From positions 1 to 22,288 of the forward strand of contig JBBILZ010000041.1 of the NCBI GenBank assembly GCA_037444665.1: a DNA stretch of 22,288 nt, read 5' to 3'. The notes under the pieces were generated by a model. The model was not told the origin of the DNA. It saw only the letters and a list, made by a program, of their open reading frames with translations, and did not search any database. The DNA comes from a candidate division WOR-3 bacterium. Its GTDB lineage: Bacteria; Hydrothermota; Tepidihabitantia; SM23-42; JAOAFX01. The first letter of the stretch is position 1. Each line of letters begins with the position of its first letter. This document shows, in pieces, positions 8,212-15,271 of this stretch. The position numbers and the translations under genes are program-made.

Positions 8212-10107
8212 ATGTGGTTCTTTTTATTGTGGGGATTTGTCCATATTTTTCCACAGGAGAGGATTGATAATATTCTCTCTTCTATGGATTGGAATTATCA
8301 TAATTCAGGAATTGTTACAGAATTTTCAGAAAATTCAAGACATTACGGTCTGAACTTTTTTTTAAAATCTCTGAAAAAATCAGAGCGTATTTTCAATCGC
8401 GATGATATTATTGTTGGAGATACTCCAGCCGAGACACTATATATTTCAGGATATTTTTATAATCCGGGTAATATCTTTGTAATAAACGACGGCGTGCTCA
8501 GATTGAATGGCGCTGATTTTAATCTTGATGGCAATATTTATGTCCTTAACAGAGGAAAGATGCTCGTGGACTTGAGCACTTTACGATTTTTGCAGGATTA
8601 TATCTACCAGTATGGCATTGCCATCTTTGATTCCGCAGAATTCAATCTCAATAATTCAACAACGAGTTACAATGGTTATCCGTTTGGATTTTCTGCAGGT
8701 GGTTTTTCCCAAGTGATTATCAACGGTATGAGCAACTATGACTGGACAACCGCAATGGTCAATGGTAAGGCAAATGTTATGCTCAATAATGTTGGTATTA
8801 CTGGCGAATGGTTATTTGCGGATGAATGTTTTGCACGATTTAATAAAGTTGACAATTTTCTTACCTGGTATTTTTTTCCTGAATCTGCTGTGGTTAATAT
8901 TAAATTTCCGCCTGGTGCATATGTCAATGGATTCTATATTGATTCCACGCTCAGCAATATCCAGGGCATTGGTTATCATATTGAGATTGATAGTTCTACA
9001 AATTGTATGTGGGCAGCGATTCCACTGAAGGGTTCAAATGTTACGATTGATAGTTCTTTACTGCGGGTGACTGGATTATTATTTGGCGGTAGCGATTCAC
9101 TTGTTATATCCGGACTCGTAAATGGTTTATATTACGAAGATTATACATTGCCTGTTTATGACCGAAATTATCATCTCACAAATACTACAGTCCAGACATG
9201 GAATCTGTATCCATTTGACACAACATCACTGGACTTATCCAGTTCAATTTTTGGTGAACTGTGTGCCTATGCCAATAGTTATGTTTATATCCACAATGCA
9301 TTTTGTGATGGTTCTGGTGGACACTTAGAGTCAAGTGATAATGCATTTTTAATAACAATCCAATCAAGTATCTTTGCCGATATCATTTCTAAGGGTAGAA
9401 GCATCTGTATTATTGGTTATTGTGCTCAACCCTATGGTAATATCTGGGTGACCGGTGCATCAATAATGCTTTTGGTAAATTCAATATTTAACCTTGACCC
9501 AATCACTTCAGATACATCACTTGTTTTTGTTGCATCAATTACAGGTCCACCAACTGGCAATACAAATGATACAGTTGCTATTCTGGGCTCTGCCTGGATT
9601 GACAAGGGTCCTTATCTGCCAGTTGATTTTGACTATTATCAGGTCTTTTATCAAAGAATAGGAGATACAGTCTGGATTCCGGTCAGTGATACCTGCATTG
9701 TTGAGGTGCGCCGTGATACACTATGCTACTGGAATACTACAGGATTAGAACCAGGTAATTATATCCTGCGTATGGTTTTAAAAGATAATGCGGGCGATAG
9801 TATTGATTGTTTAAAAGGGATAGCACTTTATGAAACAGGAATTGGTGAAGAAGATATCTATTATCATTCTGATCTTAAAATAATACCCAATCCCTTTAAT
9901 AACTTTATAAAAATAGAAAATATTGCAGGAGAAAAGGAAACTGATATAGTATGCTCAATCTATGATGTAATGGGCAGGGCTATAATTGAAAAAGTCAAAG
10001 GGAATCCCTTAATTATTAAAACCAATAACCTTGCCAGTGGAGTATATTTTATCTGTATAAAAGGGGATTCCAAAAACATCATAAAAAAAATTATAAAAAT
10101 AGAATAG
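8212..10107 (+). CDS. Secreted beta-rich protein of unknown function with Por/T9SS type-A-like C-terminal sorting domain
   Basis: Short hydrophobic N-terminus and an Asn/Ser/Gly/Ile-rich body. Ig-like segment 'WNTTGLEPGNYILRMVLKDNAG'. CTD 'IIPNPFNN..IYDVMGR..LASGVYFI..KKIIKIE'. Confidence 0.8.
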   Translation: MWFFLLWGFVHIFPQERIDNILSSMDWNYHNSGIVTEFSENSRHYGLNFFLKSLKKSERIFNRDDIIVGDTPAETLYISGYFYNPGNIFVINDGVLRLNGADFNLDGNIYVLNRGKMLVDLSTLRFLQDYIYQYGIAIFDSAEFNLNNSTTSYNGYPFGFSAGGFSQVIINGMSNYDWTTAMVNGKANVMLNNVGITGEWLFADECFARFNKVDNFLTWYFFPESAVVNIKFPPGAYVNGFYIDSTLSNIQGIGYHIEIDSSTNCMWAAIPLKGSNVTIDSSLLRVTGLLFGGSDSLVISGLVNGLYYEDYTLPVYDRNYHLTNTTVQTWNLYPFDTTSLDLSSSIFGELCAYANSYVYIHNAFCDGSGGHLESSDNAFLITIQSSIFADIISKGRSICIIGYCAQPYGNIWVTGASIMLLVNSIFNLDPITSDTSLVFVASITGPPTGNTNDTVAILGSAWIDKGPYLPVDFDYYQVFYQRIGDTVWIPVSDTCIVEVRRDTLCYWNTTGLEPGNYILRMVLKDNAGDSIDCLKGIALYETGIGEEDIYYHSDLKIIPNPFNNFIKIENIAGEKETDIVCSIYDVMGRAIIEKVKGNPLIIKTNNLASGVYFICIKGDSKNIIKKIIKIE

Positions 10108-10119
10108 ACAGGGGGTAAA

Positions 10120-12432
10120 ATGTTATTAGTGGCATCGTTAGTATTAAGTTTTATTATCAGTCAGGATATGATTGTGCGTGTATATGTGCCTGACTGGAAA
10201 GAACTGCAAAAGATTTCGGGCAAACCACTGGAGATAGCCGCGGGAAGGTATGGTGAGTGGTATGATTTAGTTGTTGACCGCGAAGGTCTGGACAGGGTTA
10301 TCGCATCTGCACTAACTTACGAAGTGACAATTTATAGCCTTGAGTTGGAAAAAGAGAAGATGAGGGGTAACTATTTAAATTATCAGCAGATTACAGATTC
10401 ACTAAGACACCTTGCTCAGAATTATCCAACACTCTGTAAAATGGATTCATTACCATTGCGTACCTATGAAGGAAGATGGATATATGGCGTTAAGATATCG
10501 GATAATGTGCAGATTGATGAATTTGAACCCAATTTTACACTTGACGGTTGTCATCATTCCCGCGAATGGGCAACACCCCAGGCAGTTCTCTTTTTTGCAG
10601 ATTCAATGCTCCGTTCTTATAGTGTTGTTCCAGAGATTGCCGAGATTATAAATACCACACAAATCTATTGTTTTCCAGTGATAAATGTTGATGGTTATGT
10701 TTATGACTGGCAGTATTATCAGGGTGGCTGGCGAAAAAATCGTGAACCATTTGGTGGTGCAATCGGTGCGGATTGTAATCGTAATTATTCTGGTGCTTGC
10801 AATGGTGAAGTTGATGGTTATTGGGGTGCTGCTGATGAAAGTCAGGTTTCACACTATCCTTCGCACCAGACCTTTTGTGGAGCCTATGGATTTTCTGGTG
10901 ATGAGGTCCGTGCGTATGCGATGTACATCCGTCAGCATAATATTATCACAGGATTTTCCCTGCACAGTTATGGTGAGCTGGTTATGTGGCCCTGGGGATA
11001 TAAGGCACAAGGCACACCGGATTCCTTACTATATAATGCCAAAGGAATATATATGGCAAGTTTGATGCAGAAGGTTGGCGGCGGAACCTATACTCCTGGA
11101 CAATCGCATGGTAATCCATATCCTACATGTGGTAATGCAAGGGATTGGGTGTATGGTTATAATCACTATGTAAATGGGTTGTCTTCACTCTTCTATGGTG
11201 CAGAGATAGGAACAGCATTTTATGAGCCTGTGGGTAATCTTGATTTTATTTCCCGACAGGTCTTCAAAGCTTCAAAGTATCTTGCTGGATTTTCCGATTC
11301 TTTAATACTGATTGCAGAAGGAGTTGTACCAGCACCAGCAATATATAATAAAGATACTGTTGCACAAAATTTTGCACTTGCCTGGCATGCAAAAAATTCT
11401 TATGATAATCATCCAATCAACTGGGAACTCGTAGAATTATCAAATCCCAGCATTATTGAGGATAATCTGGAATCGGGTTCAGGACGCTGGGTATTGCAGG
11501 GGTTTACACTTTCTACTGCCCAGCACCATTCAGGTTCTTATAGTTTCTTTTCCGGTAATACCAACAATATGAACAGTGCAGTAAGAACATTACATCCTTA
11601 TCTTGTTCAGTCTGGAGACTCTGTAACTTTCTGGTGCTATTACAATCTTGAGAACAACTATGATGTAGCAGTGGTAGAGGTATCAGAGAATACAAAGGAG
11701 TGGTTCAATCTTGATACGACGAGGTTTACCGGTACTCAGACATCCTGGGTGCGTAAGGCATATTCTTTGGCAAACTGGGTGGGTAAATCAATTTATATCA
11801 GGTTCCGTTCAATGACCGATGGTTATACGCTTAATGGTGGTTTTTATGTGGATGATATCAGGCCAGTCTGTTTATTCGGAAATGTGAATGTAATTTCCAA
11901 TAGTATTACTGATACAACCTATAGTTTTACAAACCATCCAACTGGTGAATTTTATTATTATGTGCGTGGTTATAATACTACCTGGGGCTGGGGTGATTAT
12001 TCTTGTCTGGAAAAGGTTTATGTGGGTCAGGTGGGAGTTAGCGAAAGAATTGAAGAGAATATAGGTAGAGAATTTAGTCTTTTAATATTTCCAAATCCAT
12101 TCAAGAATGCTACAAGCATCAAATTCGAAATTCGAAATCCGAAATCCGAAACAAATCCAAATTTCCAAATTCCAAATAATAACAAAACAAATTCCAATCT
12201 CTCTACTTTCTACTCGCTACCTGCTACTCTAAAAGTCTACGATGCGACCGGCAGATTGGTAAAACAATTTAACCATTTATCCGCCAATCAGCGTGGCGGA
12301 AATTACCAATTTAATTATGTTTTGTGGTCTGGTGACGATGATTCAGGTTGCAGACTTCCTGCCGGCGTTTACTTTGTAAGATTAGAGACTGAAGGGTTCA
12401 AACAGGTGGAGAAGGTGATACTATTGAGATGA
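10120..12432 (+). CDS. M14 zinc carboxypeptidase (carboxypeptidase T-like) with jelly-roll (immune inhibitor A/MAM-like) domain and C-terminal sorting domain
   Basis: 'HHSREW' (HxxE), 'WRKNR', 'DCNRNY', 'LHSYGE', 'AEIG'. Jelly-roll 'LENNYD...IYIRFR..GFYVDDI'. CTD 'FPNPF..VYDATGRLVK..WSGDDDSG..LPAGVYFVRL..KVILLR'. Confidence 0.92.
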   Translation: MLLVASLVLSFIISQDMIVRVYVPDWKELQKISGKPLEIAAGRYGEWYDLVVDREGLDRVIASALTYEVTIYSLELEKEKMRGNYLNYQQITDSLRHLAQNYPTLCKMDSLPLRTYEGRWIYGVKISDNVQIDEFEPNFTLDGCHHSREWATPQAVLFFADSMLRSYSVVPEIAEIINTTQIYCFPVINVDGYVYDWQYYQGGWRKNREPFGGAIGADCNRNYSGACNGEVDGYWGAADESQVSHYPSHQTFCGAYGFSGDEVRAYAMYIRQHNIITGFSLHSYGELVMWPWGYKAQGTPDSLLYNAKGIYMASLMQKVGGGTYTPGQSHGNPYPTCGNARDWVYGYNHYVNGLSSLFYGAEIGTAFYEPVGNLDFISRQVFKASKYLAGFSDSLILIAEGVVPAPAIYNKDTVAQNFALAWHAKNSYDNHPINWELVELSNPSIIEDNLESGSGRWVLQGFTLSTAQHHSGSYSFFSGNTNNMNSAVRTLHPYLVQSGDSVTFWCYYNLENNYDVAVVEVSENTKEWFNLDTTRFTGTQTSWVRKAYSLANWVGKSIYIRFRSMTDGYTLNGGFYVDDIRPVCLFGNVNVISNSITDTTYSFTNHPTGEFYYYVRGYNTTWGWGDYSCLEKVYVGQVGVSERIEENIGREFSLLIFPNPFKNATSIKFEIRNPKSETNPNFQIPNNNKTNSNLSTFYSLPATLKVYDATGRLVKQFNHLSANQRGGNYQFNYVLWSGDDDSGCRLPAGVYFVRLETEGFKQVEKVILLR
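12121..12230 (+). repeat. Two degenerate heptamer tandem arrays inside the M14 CTD coding region
   Basis: AAATTCG x2 and AAATCCG x2, then AAATCC/AAATTTCC/AAATTCC (12121-12177). CTACTTT-CTACTCG-CTACCTG-CTACTCT (12203-12230). Confidence 0.85.
12280..12300. repeat. GC-rich palindromic hairpin inserted in-frame in CDS
   Basis: TCCGCCA-atcagcg-TGGCGGA: perfect 7-bp stem with 7-nt loop in AT-rich surroundings. Confidence 0.7.
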
Positions 12433-12515
12433 TGGAAGTTCGTTGGGGAAGTGGGTAAGGGAAGAATAACTTTATTCTGTTAAAACAGGGGGAAAAGAAT
12501 AGAAAGGAGGACTTT

Positions 12516-14435
12516 ATGAAATGTATAGATAAAATTATTTTAGTGTTGTTTATAAGTTCTTCGTTTTTGTTCGGTTATCAAACCGACAGCACAGGTGTGC
12601 CAATGAGGGATGGCATAAGGTTAGGGACCGATATCTATCGCCCCTGGTGGAATAATCCTATATTAAAAGCACCAGCGCTTTTGCAGCGCACACCTTATGA
12701 CCGTGAATGGGATGATACATATTTAACCCTTATCTGCGATGTAATGGGTTATGCCCTTGTGGTTCAAAATTTGCGTGGTTATGGTGATTCAGAAGGTGAC
12801 CCAATGGTCTTCTGGACCGATGGCTGGGGAGATTTGCAAGATGGGTATGATGCGGTGGAATGGGTTGCAAGTCAAGACTGGTGCAATGGTAAGGTGGGCA
12901 TGATCGGTGCCTCAGCCCATGGTATGACACAATACTATGCTGCAGGTGCACTACCACCGCACCTTGTATGCTGTGCGCCGATGGTGGCAGCACCCAATCT
13001 TTATCGCGATTGTGCCTTTACTGGTGGTGAATTTCGTAAGGCGCTTGTTGAGACCTGGCTACAGGGTGTGGGCACGCCTTGGCTCATAGATTCAGTGTGT
13101 ACTTATCCAAATTATGGTGATAGATGGACTATCGTTGACTTATCCCAGAGATACAATGTTACCAATTATCCAATGTTCCATATAGATGGCTGGTATGATA
13201 TGTATACTGATGGTGTGCTTGAGGCATTCAGCGAATTACAGAAGAGATTTCATAATCAGAAACTTTTCATTGGTCCGTGGGGACATGGCGATGCCTGGGG
13301 TGCAAGGGAACAGGGCGACCTTGTATATCCACCAAATGCAGAGATGGATGAGCTCAGTTTTATTAATATGCTCCTTGATTGGTATGATTACTGGATAAAC
13401 CAGGGTGGTGGTCCAGTGCCAGCACCAAAGGTTAAATTTTATTTAATGGGCGATTGCGATACACAGGATACAACAAACTGGAACCACTGGGTTGAAGCAG
13501 ATACCTGGCCACTTCCTCAGATACAATACAAGGCATACTATCTTCGTGAAAATCATCTTCTTGATACAATACCACCCGGTTCAGGTACAATTGATACATT
13601 TATCTATAATCCAGCAGACCCCTGCACAACTTATGGCGGAAGGGAATTTATTGGCTTGATACATGGATACGGTCCAATTGACCAGCGTCCTATTGAGAAT
13701 CGTTCTGATGTTCTGCTCTTTTCTACACCACCTCTGCCTGCGCCATTGACTGTGATTGGTAAATTGAAATTTGTTTTATACGCTGCATCAGACCGTTATG
13801 ATACAGATTGGGCTGTGCGTGTGACTGATGTATATCCTGATGGCAGGTCAATTTTAGTCACGGATAATATATTGATGGCACGCCATCGTCATGGTTTTGA
13901 CCGTGAGGATTCGCTTATTCCGAATGTGCCCGATACATTCAATATTGACCTCTGGAGCACAGCTCAGGTTTTTAATACGGGCCATCGTTTAAGGGTAATC
14001 ATTTCTTCTTCAAATTATCCGAGATTTGAGAAGAACCCCAATACCGGTGCACCATTTCAGAGGGACGACCCAAATTTTGTCATTGCCACACAGAAAATCT
14101 ACCGCACACAAGGAATGCCCTCGCACTTACTTTTGCCAGTACTTCCAGGTATAAATCCTGCGGTTCGGGAGATTCCATCAAAAGAATATCTTGCAGGTAA
14201 TATCTATATCCCGAGTGTCTCAAAATATCCTGTAATAAAATTGGAAATTAATAGTGCGAAGGATGTAGATATATATGTTTATGATATTCTTGGTAGAGTT
14301 GTGTGGCATCTGAGACAAAGGTATGAGCCAGGTAGATACCAAATAAAATTACCAGAATTACCATCTGGAGTATATTTTGTTAGCACAAATATATCAGTAA
14401 ATGGAGAGGCGAAAAAGATTACGGTTATTAAGTGA
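12516..14435 (+). CDS. CocE/NonD family (S15) alpha/beta hydrolase with PepX-C domain and C-terminal sorting domain
   Basis: 'PMRDGIRLGTDIYRP', 'RTPY', 'RGYGDSEG', 'DGYDAVEWV..W.NGKVGMIGAS', 'GWYD', 'IGPWGH', 'GHRLRVIISSSNYPRF'. CTD 'VYDILGR..LPSGVYFV..KKITVIK'. SD AGGAGG. Confidence 0.93.
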   Translation: MKCIDKIILVLFISSSFLFGYQTDSTGVPMRDGIRLGTDIYRPWWNNPILKAPALLQRTPYDREWDDTYLTLICDVMGYALVVQNLRGYGDSEGDPMVFWTDGWGDLQDGYDAVEWVASQDWCNGKVGMIGASAHGMTQYYAAGALPPHLVCCAPMVAAPNLYRDCAFTGGEFRKALVETWLQGVGTPWLIDSVCTYPNYGDRWTIVDLSQRYNVTNYPMFHIDGWYDMYTDGVLEAFSELQKRFHNQKLFIGPWGHGDAWGAREQGDLVYPPNAEMDELSFINMLLDWYDYWINQGGGPVPAPKVKFYLMGDCDTQDTTNWNHWVEADTWPLPQIQYKAYYLRENHLLDTIPPGSGTIDTFIYNPADPCTTYGGREFIGLIHGYGPIDQRPIENRSDVLLFSTPPLPAPLTVIGKLKFVLYAASDRYDTDWAVRVTDVYPDGRSILVTDNILMARHRHGFDREDSLIPNVPDTFNIDLWSTAQVFNTGHRLRVIISSSNYPRFEKNPNTGAPFQRDDPNFVIATQKIYRTQGMPSHLLLPVLPGINPAVREIPSKEYLAGNIYIPSVSKYPVIKLEINSAKDVDIYVYDILGRVVWHLRQRYEPGRYQIKLPELPSGVYFVSTNISVNGEAKKITVIK

Positions 14436-14453
14436 TTGGGTTTGATTAAAAAT

Positions 14454-14999
14454 TTACTTGTTTCTGCCGCAACACTTTTTATACTTCTTGCCACTACCAC
14501 AGGGGCATGGGTCATTTCTGCCGATCTTATTTTCTTCTGTTACTACAGATTTTTCCTTTGTTATGCTGGGCAATGATTTTGCGACGGTTTTTTGTGTGGA
14601 CAATAATTTATGGAAGTTTTTCGCATTTTCAGTAATTGCCTTTTTTATTTTTTCACCATTCTTTATATAACCTTCTGTGTCAAGAAAGACGGTCAGGTTA
14701 TTTAGGATATCAGGAACCTCTTTAGATGATTCTTTGTTTATCTCTAATTTTTGTGGGGCAAATTCAAGTAAAAAGTGGGTTATATGGTCTTCATTCAGTT
14801 CGCTGATCTCTTTGTGTTGATAGAAAAAGATGTAATCAAGGAAGGCTTTGGTCAGATATTCAATAAAGGACTTTGCCTTTGTAGATTTTGTTTTCATTGA
14901 ACTGGAAAATTCCCGACTCAGGGTATTGGCAAGACGGACAAGCCTTTTTTCTCTTTTCCTTTCTTCTGCCTTTTTTTCTTCAATATCAGTTATTGTCAT
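14454..14999 (-). CDS. SEC-C metal-binding motif protein with uncharacterised helical N-terminal domain
   Basis: C-terminal '[21 protein letters not shown]'. At 181 aa it is far too short to be SecA. Confidence 0.9.
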   Translation of the reverse strand: MTITDIEEKKAEERKREKRLVRLANTLSREFSSSMKTKSTKAKSFIEYLTKAFLDYIFFYQHKEISELNEDHITHFLLEFAPQKLEINKESSKEVPDILNNLTVFLDTEGYIKNGEKIKKAITENAKNFHKLLSTQKTVAKSLPSITKEKSVVTEENKIGRNDPCPCGSGKKYKKCCGRNK

Positions 15000-15004
15000 A
15001 GGCT

Positions 15005-15032
15005 ATTATATTTACTTAAATCCCGATGTCAA
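15005..15032 (-). promoter_or_regulatory. Consensus sigma70 promoter, leaderless, for the SEC-C protein
   Basis: Minus strand TTGACA (15032-15027), 16 bp, TATAAT (15010-15005), then AGCCT and ATG (14999). Confidence 0.8.
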
Positions 15033-15070
15033 CAGGAATCTTTTCTAAAAACACACCACTTTTGCTCTCG

Positions 15071-15092
15071 GTCCGATAAATCGGGCAACTAC
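15071..15092 (-). repeat. GTAG-type REP-like hairpin, copy 2
   Basis: Minus strand GTAGTTGCCCGATTTATCGGAC, matching copy 1 at 19 of 22 positions. Confidence 0.7.
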
Positions 15093-15238
15093 AGTTTTAT
15101 AAAGGGATGATTCCATCTTTCGCAAAGATAGAAGACAAATTAGAAAAGAGGCGAAAACCAAAAGATTATTTTTGAGTAATATCGCCCAAAAAATAGTAAT
15201 GTTGAAAGAGTAATTAGTTACATAGTTTATTCCACTAC

Positions 15239-15266
15239 TTGATTTTATTCTGAATATTGTTATTAT
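15239..15266 (+). promoter_or_regulatory. sigma70-type promoter of mnmG (extended -10), probably leaderless
   Basis: TTGATT (15239-15244), 16 bp, TATTAT (15261-15266), with TG at 15258-15259. In-frame GTG follows 5 nt later at 15272. Confidence 0.6.
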
Positions 15267-15271
15267 TAGGA

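Noticed and set aside
8292..8336. Two palindromes (GAATTAT-C-ATAATTC and GAATTTTC-A-GAAAATTC) early in the 8212 CDS
   Set aside because: They are AT-rich, lie inside coding sequence and have differing geometry. Chance cannot be excluded.
12121..12230. CRISPR array
   Set aside because: The units are 7-nt tandem repeats without unique spacers, and there are no cas genes.
12445..12492. Possible G-quadruplex (GGGG/GGG/GGG/GGGGG)
   Set aside because: The last loop is ~27 nt and there is no supporting evidence.
14454..14999. secA
   Set aside because: Only the C-terminal SEC-C motif is present and there are no helicase-like ATPase domains.
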